DNA of 64,000 bases from Ginglymostoma cirratum (taxonomy: Eukaryota). The DNA lies in NCBI GenBank assembly GCA_024137785.1, contig JAHRHZ010000289.1:8183814-8247813 (forward strand), in the 5' to 3' direction. The translations under genes were made by a program, and so were the position numbers. Below the pieces are notes generated by a model. The model had not been told where the DNA came from, searched no databases, and worked only from the letters and a program-made list of their open reading frames with translations. Positions within the stretch are counted from its first letter, which is position 1. Each line of letters starts with the position of its first letter. Below, piece by piece: positions 37,610-49,926 of the stretch.

Positions 37610-39339
37610 TGTTATGGAGCAGAGGTTGATCCCCTCTAAGAACTAAAACAGAAACCCCAAAAGAGGAGCACCTCGCACCATAATCTGTAAGAGGTTTGGG
37701 AAAAGTGGTGTAACCTGCCTTTCAGCAACTTCTAGTGGTTAAATAAGATAAATCCCTGACACTCACTTTAAAATCAACAAGTAACAATTTATTTATCTGA
37801 CTCTCTAACAGTGAACAAATTAACTAAACTATTAATAAGCTGAATATATTCCTGTTAACTACTAGCTATTGTGGAATAAAGCAACATTCTAATGGCACTT
37901 CTGTTCCAATAAATACAAGCCCTACATATATAAAAAAGAAACAATTTAATCTCTCAAAATTATAGCCAGGTTACATGTCTTCCAGAATGTTCTGTGTCTT
38001 CTTCATCGATTCATCTGCCAGAAATATTATCGAGTTGCGCCATTGGTACCATTGTTATTTAGACGGTACTTTCTCTAAGACATAGCAAAGGCTGCTAGAG
38101 CCAGTGATTCTCTTTTGACAGCAGAAGGCCATTAGCTCTGGTGGATGGCAGCTAGCTCTGGGGCTTTGTCCAACTGCCCCCCTTTTATACCTCTGATGAA
38201 ACAAGAATAGGGCTTATATGATTAATGATAGGGCCTCGGGTAGTGTTGTAGAACAGAGGGACCTGGGCTGCAAGTACGTAATTCTTTAAATTTTGTGTCA
38301 CATCTCAACAGGATGATTAAAAAGGCATTTGGCATGCTTGCCTTCATTGCTTAGTGCATTGAGTATAGGAGTTGGGACATTATGTTGAGGTTGTACAGGA
38401 CATTGGGGAGGCCTCTTCTGAAATACTGTGTCCAGTTCTGGTCGCACAGTTATAGGAAGGGTATTATTAAGCTGGAGAAGGTTCAGGAGAGATTTACCAG
38501 GATGTTGCCAGGTATGGAAGGTCTGAGTTATAAGGAAAGGCTGGATAGGCTAGGACTTTGTTCACTGGGAGCGTAGGAGATTGAGAGGTGACCTGATAGA
38601 AGTTTATAAAATAATGAGAGGTATAGATAGAGTTGATGGGGGTTGTCTTTTCCAGAAGATGGGTGTTTTCAAGACTAGGCGGCACATTTTTAAGGAGAGA
38701 GGAGGGAAATTTAAAAAAGACATGAGGCACATGTCTTCTACACAGAGGGCAGTTTGCGTGTGAAATGAACATTGTGATGAAGTAGCGCATGCAGGTACAA
38801 TTATAATGTTTAAAAGACATTTGCATGGATATATGAATAGGGAAGGTTTTGAAGGATATGGGTCAGGAGCAGGTAGGTGGGACTAGCTTAGTTTGGGATT
38901 ATGTTCGGCGTGGACTGGTTGGACCGAAGGGTCTGTTTCTGTGCTGTATGGCTATGGCTATGACATATCAATATTTCTTACAATAGGATTAGTCCCATGT
39001 TGTCAGAACTATCAGACTTAAATTTAGTAGGTTTTTGGTATCAAAGGAACTGGTTCAAATTGACTGGCTAAATTCAAAAGCCTGTTGTTGTGGTAAAATA
39101 AACTGCTGCTTGGCCTGCTAACTGTGTGGCCTTTTGATAAAAATGCTTCAATTCGGGTGCTCTCTGTGTATTGACAACCTTTCTAGCTGCTGCTGACAGA
39201 CATCCATTTTAAATCTCTAAACACAGAAAAAGCACACTGTCTTTTAGAGGGACCATGCAATCCCTCCAAGCATTTTACAAAGACCAAATTTTAACTTCCT
39301 ACCTCCTAATCCACAAGCACTCAACGCTACTTCACAGCA
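37610..39339 (-). repeat. 3' LTR of the Gmr1-like element, split by a CR1; PPT at 39340-39347
   Basis: Matches 45533-46492. Minus-strand GGGGGAGG immediately precedes the TG start. Confidence 0.88.
38200..38963 (+). mobile_element. CR1 3' fragment inserted in the LTR
   Basis: LYRTLGRPLLKYCVQFWS, RGDLIEVYKIMRGID; tail (CTATGG)n. ATGA is present at both junctions. Confidence 0.92.
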
Positions 39340-39518
39340 CCTCCCCCAAAGGAAAAAAATAAACCAATGTTATGAAAAGATGGCTTCATGTCACTCTTTT
39401 TTTTTAAAAAAACCTTAACTCCATTATATCATTAATTCAGAGTTACACTTTTTATACTATTATTATTAATTTGTAACATTGAACACTACTGTTTCTATTT
39501 TATATAAAAACTTTTCTT

Positions 39519-42500
39519 TTAAACTGGCAATAAAGCATTCATGATAATATTTTCACAACCCGCAACATGTATAATCTGTAAAGTAAATGCTTGTAACATG
39601 AGGCTCCAACAAAATAAATTGGTGTTCTTGGCCTTAAATCTTTCCACAAAGGTCAAATGATTGTGATCAGTATACACTATCGTCTCTGATGCATTTGTCT
39701 GCAACAGCAACATTAAAATGTTTTAAGGCCATGACCAAACTCAATAACTTTTTTTCAATGGTTGAATATTTTTTCCAGCGGATATTGAACTTTTTTTGAC
39801 AGATAACCAATTGGCCTTTCAATTCCATAAACATCCTCCTGTAACAACACAGCTTGGACACCTGCATTGCTTGTATTGTTGGCGACTTTGAAGGGTTTCA
39901 AGAAATTTGGTGGGTGGCCAAAACTGGTGCACTGGTTAACACTGCTTTTAAATTCTCAAATGCCTCCTGGCATTGTTCTGTCCACCGAAATTTTGTGTTT
40001 TTTTTAAACAAAACTGTCAGTGGTGCTACTACGCTACTGACATTTGGCACAAATTTCCTGTAGAATCTGCTCAATCCTAAAATTTGTAGCACTTTCTTCT
40101 TCAAGAATGGTCTTGGTAATTCCTTGATGGCCTTAAACTTCATGTTCCTCAGTGTCATCTGTCCATATCCAATGTTGTGCCCTAAAAATGTCACTTTTGC
40201 CTTCACAAATCCTGTTTCTACTAACGTTATGATCAACTTTGCCTTTTGCAGCCTCTCAAAGAGCTCTGCCAAATGCTCCATGTGATCTTTCCATGAGTGG
40301 CTAAAGATCACTAAGTCATCTACGCAGACTACTCAATTAGTCAATCCTGCAACAAATCTGTTCATAAGCCTTTGAAAAGTGGTTGGTGCATTTTTCATTC
40401 CAAAGGGCATTACTCTAAATGGATACACCCTATGTGAGGTTACAAAAGCAGAAACTTCTTTCGTTCGCTCCGACACAGGTACTTGCCAGTAACTGCGAAG
40501 TATTCCAACTTAATGATGTAAGTGGCTTGTCCTACTTTTTCCACACAGTCCTCCAGCCTTGGAATTGGGCATGAGTCAGATTTGGTCACAGCGTTGAGCT
40601 TCTGATAATCTACACAGAATCATTGAGTACCTTCAGGTTTGGGAATCACTATGCTTGGTGAACTCCATTCACTTCAACTCATCTCTATGATGTCTTCTTG
40701 GAGCATCGCTTCCACTTCCTTCTGAACCTGCACTGCTTTGAAAGGATTAACCCTGTTTTTTTCAGAACAGCATTCCCTATATCAAATAAAAACCAAAAGA
40801 ACTGCAGATGCTGTGAATCAGGAACAAAAACAAAGTTGCTGGAAAAGCTCATCAGGTCTGGCAGCACCTGTGAAGGAAAAAACAGAGTTAACATTTCAGG
40901 TCCAGTGACCTTTCCTCAGAACTGTCCTCATAACACTGCAACAAGTCATTCAATTCAGTTCTCTGTTCCTGGAACAGATAGCTCACTGTCATATCCCATT
41001 TCTTAAGGACTTCCTCATTATTCAATTCATTACTCCTCATTATTCTGAGGCACATCAAAATCCAAATCACCTGAATTTGATTCCTCACTCTGGCAATACC
41101 TAATACCCGTTTATCTGGTTTCCTTTCCCTGTCATAGTAAGATTTCAGCATGTTCACATGACATACCCAATAAATTATTTTTCTATCTGGCATCTTTACC
41201 AGATAATTCACCTGACTTAACTTCTCTCAATCTGGTATAGACCACTAAACCTTGCTTTGAAGGGATCTCCTACCATTGGTAACAGAACCAATATCTTATC
41301 CCCCACGGGCAAACATACAAACTTTAGATTTTTTTATCTGCTTCTTACTTCATTAGGAATTATGCCACCTTCAAACATTGTCTAACTAATTCACCTACTC
41401 TGTTTAATCTTTCTCTCACCTCAGATAAATAGTCCAACTGTGAGATCTCTGGCTTCAGGTCTATGGACGTTTCCTTAATTAATTATAAAGGCCCTCTTAC
41501 TTAGTGTCCGAGTATCAATTCAAATGGAATAAACAAAGTCAATTCATCTGTAGCATCTCTAATAGAAAATAATATAAATGGGATACCTTTATCCCAATCA
41601 TTTGGGTAATCCTGGCAAACACCCACGGCATGGGCTTTAGGGTCTGAAGCCACCTTTCCAACTCTCCTTGGGATTCAGGATGGTATGCGCTTGGTTTAAA
41701 GTGCTGAATGCCTAACCTATCCAAGATGTCCTTAAATAGTTTGGCAGTAAAATTGGACCCTTGGTCTGACTGAATCTCCCTGAGAAGTCCATAAATGGAT
41801 AAATAAAGCAAATAACTCCTCCACAACTTTTCTTGCCTTGACATACCATAATGAAATTGCCTCCGGAAACCTGGTAGATCCATCCATTATGGTTAGCTAA
41901 TACTGGTTCCCACTTTTGGTTTTACGGATGGGACCTACACAATCGATTATAACCCACATAAAAGGTTCTTCAATTGCAGGAATTGGCATCAAAGGCATTG
42001 GTTTTATTACTGCCTGTGGCTTTCCTACCATCTGACGCATATGACAGGTATGGCAAAATTCAACCACATCCTTATGTAATACAGGCCAATAAAAATGCCT
42101 CTCTATCTTAGCCTGAGTCTTCCTGACTCCTAGATGACCTACAGATAATTTGTGTGTTACCCACAATATTTCCTGTCTGTATACTGCCAGCAACACAACC
42201 TGGTGAACTTCTGCCCATTTCTCATCCGCATTAACCTGCCAAGGTCTCCTTTTCCACCTTATGATTTTATCCTTAAGGTAATATGATTCTGGAACACGTT
42301 CTGCTTCCTTTTCCGAATAGGTTTTACGATATAAATCCTTTATCATCCTTTTTTTGTTGCAATTCCATTAATCTTTCAGAACTAAACACCTTTGTTTGAT
42401 CCTCTACCTGCTTAAGTTTTTCCTTTACCATTTCATCAAACAGAGTGTCAGCTAACTGGACCTCAACTCCCTCATCTTTCTCTTTTGTTTTCCTTCTTGT

Positions 42501-42925
42501 TTCAATTTATGGCTGCGGGATCTTGTTACCACACAGTCTGGAAAAATTCCAGGGTATTTTTCCTTCCATTTCTCCATTCCCTGGTTTTCTTTTGGCTTTT
42601 CCACCACAATAGGTGCCACTCCCATCTGTGATCCAGCTGCATTGTTTCGAAGAACAAACTGTATTCCTAGAATAGCCAATCTTTTCCATCACTCTCACTA
42701 TCACTTCCCCAGTCTTGATTAAAATTTCTAGCCTTATCGTACACAGAGGAACACTACTCCTTTTCCTTTTATTCCACAGATTATCACTCTCTCGGGCAAT
42801 ATTTCAGAAGGAGTGCAAATATTTTCTTCTCTTACTATTAGAGACAGACTAGTTCCCATATCACTGAATATTTTAACTTCTTTTCCTACTCCCCCTGTTC
42901 TACCTGCATAAATCCTACCCATACA
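39519..42925 (-). pseudogene. Gmr1-like pol remnant: protease, integrase, RT, RNase H
   Basis: PR IFSDMGTSLSL; INT HLGVRKT...FYWP...CHTC, IDCVGP, SDQGSNF, SAYHPESQG; RT VTFLGH, FYRKFVPN; RH KYSTIEKKLL, VYTDH, ENIIMNAL. Confidence 0.9.
40783..40925 (-). mobile_element. Mini-PLE cassette (family B) with hammerhead motif, inserted in Gmr1 pol
   Basis: Minus strand GTT-CTGAGGA-A-AGGTC-ACTG-GACCT-GAAATGTT-AAC followed by the full pLTR and tail. Confidence 0.85.
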
Positions 42926-42999
42926 GGAGAAGTCTTTAAAAAGATTGTGCAGTTTTTTACTTTCCAGCCGTGACTAGGCTGTGCAGTTTCCTGCAGCTC

Positions 43000-44988
43000 C
43001 TCGACATCTCTTGGGATTTCCTTCACTATCTCAACTAATCCCATTGGTTTAGCCTCTTTTACCACATCCTTTTTCCCAGTGCCTTTCTTAAACTACCAGC
43101 ACTGTGACCTTGTGTGTCCCAACTTATTGCAGTGAGAACACCTGGGGTCTTTCATTTCTTTTCCACCCTCTTGGGATTCTTTTTTCACATGTGGTAAACT
43201 GTTCCCAGTGTGATCTACTTTTTGGTTTTCATTGAAGGATCTCCCTCTTTCCCAATTTCTATCCCTCACGGAATGAAATTGCTGTCAGAAGCTAGATTTC
43301 GATTTATGCCCTAATGCAGATTCATCCACTATCTCTGTAGCTCTTTCCACTATTTTAACTTCCTTTTCCTTGACATGAGTTCTTGTACTTCTAGAAGTGA
43401 GTTTTTAAACTCCTCCAGTAAAACAATATCTCTCAGAGCCGCGTATGTCTTTTCTATCGCTCTCATCCATCGATCAAAGTTGCTCTGTTTAATTCTTTCA
43501 AACTCGATCTAAGTCTGAGCTGGCTCCTTTCTCACATTTCTGAACCTTGTCATTATGCTTCTGGTACCAATTCCTAGGCACTCAAAATCGCCTTTTTTAC
43601 TTCTTCATAGTCTACTGACACTTCCTCTGACAGCACTGCAAACACCTCACTAGCCCCACCTACCAATTTGTTCGGAAATAACATTGCCCACACTGTCTCT
43701 GGCCAGTTCATCTGTTTTACCAATTTCATAAAGGAAATGAAAAAGAATTCAATTGAATTCTAGCCATTTCCAAAGATTCTGGTGGCATTTCCAGCAAATT
43801 TAAATGCCGAGCTATTACAGTAATTATCTCTCCTTTTCTCACAGACAAACGCAACTCCAACTGTAGCTTATCCGAAAATTCCAACAGCTTTGCCTTGCTC
43901 CCGGTTTGTAAAAACCCCAAGTCACTTCTATTATGGAGAATAGAATCGAACCCCTCTGATAATTAAACCAAACCACAAACCTCCAATCTGTTATGGCAGG
44001 AGTAGAGATTCCCTTCTAATAATTAAACCCAAAACACCCAGAGAAGCTCACCTCGCCTATATAATCTGTCAAATAATCTGCGAGGGGACGTTAATGAAAG
44101 AAAATCCCTGATGTTCACTTTATAAGTGACAAATAACAATTTATTTATTTAACACTAACAGTGAACAAATTAACAAAACTATTAACAAACTGAACAATTC
44201 CCCCTTAACCACTAACTATTCCCTAATTGAATTAAATTCTGCAGATCTGCTGTTCCGATAAACACAAGTCCCACTTATATAAATCCAAATAATAAGAAGG
44301 CAAATTAAAACTTAATCCCTCAAAGTCTACATGCCTTCTTCTGCTGTTTTCAAGTCATAAACACCTTTCTTCCACTGATCCAGCTGTCAGGGATGTTTTC
44401 TCTGTGAAGTCTTCTGCGAGGACTCTTATCTAGCAGTACTGTTGTACCTTTTACGGATAGATAGTGCTATCTTAGAGAGTTTAGCGATTTCTTGTGAGGG
44501 CCCAATGCTTATTTCTCAGATGGTGGTACGCTTTCACACAGATTTTCAAAAAAACACTCTCCATATATACCTTGGAGGACATATCAACTTTCTTACAATA
44601 ACATTGGTCCAAGGTTGTCAAAACCATCAGATTTAAATTCAATTGGACTTCAATCGGTAAGTGCTTGATTTAAATTAATTGGCTGATTCCAGCTAGTTGC
44701 CAAAACATCAAAACAAGCCTAAGGTTTCCAATCACACAGCCAATTGGTTCGATTTTGGAACTGGCTGTACATCTTCAGCTACATTCTGTTTTTCTGTACA
44801 AATCTCTAAGCTTAGAAAAGCACTTTACCTCTTAAAGGAACAATGCAATCTGCTCCCTTATCGTTCTTTTTACAAACAAATTCTAGCTTCCTGCTAGAAT
44901 TTCATGATTACTCTACATAACTTCGTAACATAACTTCGTGACATTTCTTCCCCAGCCCCAAAAACTCTGAGTGACTGAAACAGCCATT
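43000..44988 (-). pseudogene. Gmr1-like gag remnant with SCAN-like domain and CCHC knuckle, split by a solo LTR
   Basis: Start MAVSVTQSF (~44988) resumes at 43928 (LQTGSKAKLLE). VPEA..QRFRNVRKEP...FDRWMR...LRDIVLLEEFK...ERATEIVDE; CSHCNKLGHTRSQCW at ~43097-43141. Confidence 0.8.
43929..44943 (-). mobile_element. Solo LTR of a related Gypsy subfamily, with doubled termini, inserted in gag
   Basis: Shares blocks with the host LTRs (AACAATTTATT...CTAACAGTGAACAAATTAAC) but is clearly divergent. Flanks CTTC/TTTC. Confidence 0.75.
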
Positions 44989-45154
44989 ACCCTGCTTTTG
45001 ATTTAACCTACTGTAAGCAGCCAAAATTAAACAGATTTTCCACTTCTCACTTAAGTTTTATTTAAAGATCTAGGACACTAGTTCCAAGGACTGTTCAAAT
45101 TTGCAGGGACCTTTCATACCCTATATCTGTTCAAACCTGTCCAAAATTTTTTTT

Positions 45155-45505
45155 ATTCATGAGTGGGATGAGGGCATCACTGGCTATGCAGCATTTATTG
45201 TCCATCCCTAATTGCCAAGAGGGCAGTTCAGAGTCAACCACATTGCTGTGGGTCTGGAGTCACATGTAGGCCAGACCAGGTAAGGATGGCAGTTTCCTTA
45301 CCTAAAGGACATAGTGAACCAGATAGGCTTTTCCAACAATTGACAGTGGATATATAGTCGTCATTAGATTCTTTACTCCAGATTCTTTATTGAATTCAAA
45401 TTCCATTATCCGCCGTGGCAGGATTTGAGCCTGGGCCCCCAGAATGTTATCTGGCTCTCTGGATTCACAGACCAGCAATAATACCATTAGGTCATCATCT
45501 CCCCT
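45155..45505 (-). mobile_element. tRNA-derived SINE with conserved body and LINE-like tail, in the provirus leader
   Basis: Minus-strand A/B boxes (TGACCTAATGGTA...GGCTCAAATCC), body ACTGCCATCCTTACCTGGTCTGGCCTACATGTGACTCCAG, and A-rich tail. Confidence 0.8.
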
Positions 45506-45508
45506 TAA

Positions 45509-45530
45509 ATCCCAGATGACAAGCCCCTAA
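45509..45530 (-). promoter_or_regulatory. Primer-binding site, tRNA-Pro-like
   Basis: Minus strand TAGGGGCTTGTCATCTGGGAT versus canonical TGGGGGCTCGTCCGGGAT, 2-3 nt from the 5' LTR end. Confidence 0.7.
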
Positions 45531-45532
45531 TC

Positions 45533-46492
45533 TGTTATAAACCGGCGGTTGACCCTACTCTGAGAACCAAAACTGAAACACCCGAGAGGCATACCCCTTC
45601 CCATAATCTGTAAAAGGAGTGTGAAAAGTGGCATAACCTGCCTTTCAGCAATTTCTAGTGGTTAAATAAAATGTATCCCTGAAACTCACTTTAAAATCAA
45701 TAAGCAGCAATTTATTTATCTAACTCTAACAGTAAACAAATTAACTATTGACAAACCAAATAAAGCCCTTTGAACTACTAACTAATCCCAAATAAAGCAA
45801 GATTCTAGTCATATACTGTTCTAGTAAATATAAGTCCCTCTTATATAAAGAAATGTATTTCGAAATTACAGCCAGGTTACATATCTTCTGGAATGTTCTG
45901 TGCCTTCTCTATCAATTATTTTGTCAGGAATGTTACTACTTGTGCCATTGGTACCATTGTTATTTAGATAGTTCTTTCTCTAAGACATAGAGGAGGCTTT
46001 GAGAGGCTGTGATTCTGTCTTGAGAGCTAAGAGTCATGAGCTCTGGCAGAAGGCAGCTAGCTCCAGGCCTTTGTCCAACTGTCCCCTTTTTTCTATATTC
46101 TTGAATGACATATCAATATTTTTCACAATAGGATTAGTCCTATGTTGTCAAAACCATCAGACTTAAATTTAATAGGTTTTGGTATTTACGTGTTTGGTTC
46201 AAATTAATTAGTTACATTCAAAAGCCTGTTTTCATGGGTAAAAAAAAAAGCTGCTGCATGGTCTGCTCACTGTACAACCTTTCAATACAAATGTTTCAAT
46301 TTGGGTGCTCTCTGTGTACTTGCAAACTTTCAAGCTGCTGCTCACAGACATCCATTTTAAATCTCTAAGCACAGAAAAAGTACATCGTATTTTAAAGGGA
46401 CCATGCAACGTTTTCCACCCTAACATTTTTCAAACACCAAATTCTAACTTCCTGCCTCTCAACCCACACGTACTCTACACAACTTCACAACA
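45533..46492 (-). repeat. 5' LTR of the Gmr1-like element
   Basis: TGTTATA...TTCACAACA termini with the PBS adjacent. Confidence 0.88.
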
Positions 46493-49400
46493 CTATTGTG
46501 ATGTTCTCAGTGAGCTAGATATTTTTATTTGTGAAAAATTAGACTTAAAGGAAACACAATTGAAGTATTTAAAATGATGGAGGGAGTAAGCTGTGTACAT
46601 GTGTGCAAATTATTTGAATTAGCTAAATTAGAAACAGGGAGGGTACATGCATACAAGCTGCAAGAATGCATATCCAGAATAAATATCAGACTTCTGCTCT
46701 CAGGGCATTATTGATCTTAGAATATGCTGCAGCTCATGCAGATTATATACAAAAAGAAGCTGGACAAGTTCTGAGGCAGGGACCAATATTACTTTATACA
46801 TAAGCTTAAACTGAACTCACCCCCATCCCATTTATCACGCCAGCTGCCTTACAGAACAAATTTCAGGCTAGCCCAGCTCAGACCTGTCCAAATTCTTCAA
46901 TGTCCTGTACTGATGAACTGATTAGTAGGTATGATTAGCAATTACAGGTCACTGACTACATACAGACAAAGCCTGAAACCCAATTACCAGCTAGCCTTGA
47001 GCTGCAGTCTTTGGGTATACATTCCAGTCATGACACACAATTTGGAAGTTTTTGCATAATGTCAATTAATGAGAGAACATCAAACAACCTGTGCATGTTT
47101 AGCCAGAACTAAATCAGAGCTGTCATAGCTCTATGCAAGAATAAATATCAATCCGTGAAATATTCTTCACTGCAAAGGAACTGTGCCAATACAAAGCACA
47201 CATAATAGGTTTTAACACACATCTTCCCCTATTCAAGAAGCCAAGGAACTGTTGTGTTTCCAACAGTAGAAGCCACTGGAAAATGTTGATTAATGATTGA
47301 CTTCATGGTGCCATATCGTGCTAAAGAACAATAGAGGGATCACAGCCTGCAGCAGTCCTGTTTACCATGAATAGTGATTATGGTATCCAGAACTGAGAAA
47401 GCCAGCTCTTTGAACCGCACAGAACTGAGACTGAATAGGTTGCAAAGGATTATGTTGTTGCTTAGAAAAAACACTTACCTCAAATGAAAATTGATCTTTT
47501 TTCTGCATCATCACAAGGATTTTTGGTATAGAACTTGGGAGAAATCAATCAAAATAATTAGTTACCTGATCCACTGAGACATTTGAGAGCATTTTTACAT
47601 CAGAATCAACTGTTTTTTTATTTTAATTTAGAAATTCTGTATGGAAGAATTACTCATGCATGCAGCTGATTGTTTTCAAACTCAGCATTACAAACTTAAA
47701 TAAATTCTCTTTTGTAGATGTTAGAGGGTGCAGGCAGAAGTTAAATACTGGGTATAAACATGCTATGATACAGAGGAAGATAATATGGATTATTTTCCAA
47801 TAATTTACTACATGCTAAGTTTTAGATCCACTGTGCCAAATTATTCAGATTCAAAGTCAACAGATCTAAATGTAAAAAGTAGGCAAAAGTAGATGCAAAG
47901 GTTAATACTTAAATGTAAATACTAAGCTACGTTAGTAGTCACATAAGAGTTCAGTTCATGGGCAGAGAAATGCTGCTGTGCAGTTCTTGTGTAAGTCTGA
48001 ACGTAAATTGTGCAGATAACATTGAATTAAAAAAAGACTTCAAAACTTCCGAGATTTCAACTCTTTAATAATGAAAAGCAGCCAAACACTTCCAAGGCTC
48101 ACCACAATAACAAATGATGACAGAAAGTGAGAGACTCTGCAGCAGCACAAAGCAGCAGAGGAAGCTTCAATGGCAGTAGCACAAGAGGACAGATCAATGG
48201 CGAAATCAGAGAAGGAACAGCCCAGTGACTAGGGAGCAGGTGGCAGCGCAGCGTCTGTCTAAATAAAACAGCACAAGAAGCAGTTTCTAATGGGGTGAAG
48301 CCGTGGAATAGACCCTGCTGCTACCAGAATCTTTCTTGGACATGGAAGGCCCAGGGCCAGCTGAGAAGTGGCAGGGCTGGTACAGATGATTCACACGTTA
48401 AAGGAATGCTTCAGGGTTGGCAGCGAAATCAAATAAAAGTCACGCCAGTACCTACTCTATGCAATTGGCAGCTTTGGAGATAACGTTTTAGCAGGGCAAG
48501 GGGGTAAATGAAACTCACATATTGTGAGATTATCTAAATTTTCAGTATGCACTTCAGTCCTTAGTGAAATAAAACTATGGAGTGCACAAAATTTAATATA
48601 TGGAAGCAAAAGTCTGGGGACAGCATAGATTCTTTATCAATGACCATTATCGCTTAGCAGACAGCTGGGATCTTAAAAGATGACATGATTAGAGATTAAT
48701 GTTTTGGAAGAAATACTATTGGATTTTTAATAATCTGGGGAAGATTTGCCTTTAGTAACAGTGGTGAGACAATGTGAAGTAAGGACACACATAGAGTTAT
48801 TATTTCTGGTGTTAAAGCCATTATGGACAGTAACATTTAAAGAAGTACAATATGTCAGTTCCAAAAATGTGGAAGCACACCAAAGCTGAGGCTGAAGAAT
48901 TACGAAGAAAGGGTGGCAGACACCATAATGTAGTGTTCCCACTGTGACATAAAGAGGTTCCATTGGCTCAAAGATTATCTCACCAAAACTGCAGACTGCT
49001 ATATCTGTGGAAAGATTATAATGCAGTTTAGCATAGTACGAAGATGTTAATCCAAAAACCGAAAGAAAAATCAATAAGGACAAGCAAAATCTCAAAAACT
49101 GAAGAATCAAGCAGCAGTAAAATAACATTCCATGAAAGAATCCATATCAAAAGGTGTGCTGACATAAAAGTAAATAGGCACAAAATCAGTTCAAACTTGT
49201 CACAGGTGCCAGTGTATCAGTCCTGTCCGACGCAGAAAATGATTGAATCAAGAAAAAAACCGTTCCAACTCTCCACCATTTGGCTCCAGAAACTGGGAGG
49301 TATCCAACTAACAATAAAAGGCAACATGACTCTGAGACTGCATTAAGGTGACGAAGTAATCCTTGAGATTCTATATACGTTTCAAAATCAAGAATGGTCT

Positions 49401-49504
49401 TTACATAGCAGGAAGCTTGCACAAATCTGAGACTTGTTTAGAAAGTCAATGTGGTGGACAGCCAAGGAAAATATGATGGATTCAGAGCTGAATTCATAAA
49501 GTTG

Positions 49505-49585
49505 CTCGCCCGAAACGTCAAGTTTTCCTGCTCCTATGATGCTGCTTGACCTGCTGTGTTCATCCAGCCCCATGCTTGTTATCTA
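49505..49585 (+). mobile_element. Family A pLTR fragment carrying the 3' half of the hammerhead
   Basis: GCCCGAAACGTCAAGTTTTCC...CTTGTTATC, identical to the reverse complement of 36065-36140. Confidence 0.85.
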
Positions 49586-49635
49586 GGAAAAGCTACAGTC
49601 AGCTTATCATGTAATGTGAAAGCAGTAATCTTAAA

Positions 49636-49926
49636 ATCATAGAATATCTACAGTGTGGAAGCAGGCCATTCAGCTCATCAAGTGTACACTCACTCTCTGA
49701 AGAGCATCCCACCCAGACTCATCCCATTGCTGTAACCCTACAGTTCCCATGGCAAATCCACATAACCTGCACTTTGTTGGACAGTGGGAGGAAATCAGAA
49801 CACCTGGAGGAAATCCACACTGACACAGGGAGGACATGCAAACTCCACACAGACAGTCACCCAAGGCTGGAATTCAACCTGGGTCCCTGGCACTGTGAAG
49901 CAGCAGTGTTAACCACTGAGCTACCA
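49636..49926 (-). mobile_element. HE1-like V-SINE (tRNA head, V domain, CR1-type tail)
   Basis: Minus strand GGTAGCTCAGTGGTTAACACTGCTGC...GGTTGAATTCC...GTGTGGAGTTTGCATG... Confidence 0.85.

Larger units (their letters stand above)
37610..46492 (-). mobile_element. Full-length decayed Gmr1-clade Ty3/Gypsy LTR retrotransposon
   Basis: Two TG...CA LTRs, PBS, PPT, flanks TTAT/CTAT (4-bp TSD with one mismatch). Domain order gag(SCAN-like, CCHC)-PR-INT-RT-RH. Confidence 0.9.

Noticed and set aside
43989-44930. As the 5' LTR of the Gmr1 provirus
   Set aside because: Too divergent from the 3' LTR and it interrupts gag. The matching LTR with PBS and TSD is 45533-46492.
47480-47612. Two minus-strand donor-like sites with short open frames
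   Set aside because: Acceptors lack a proper polypyrimidine/YAG context and the peptides are not recognisable.
49860-49926. tRNA gene (also ~53070-53124, 34350, 59320)
   Set aside because: A/B boxes are SINE heads attached to SINE bodies; no complete cloverleaf is evident.
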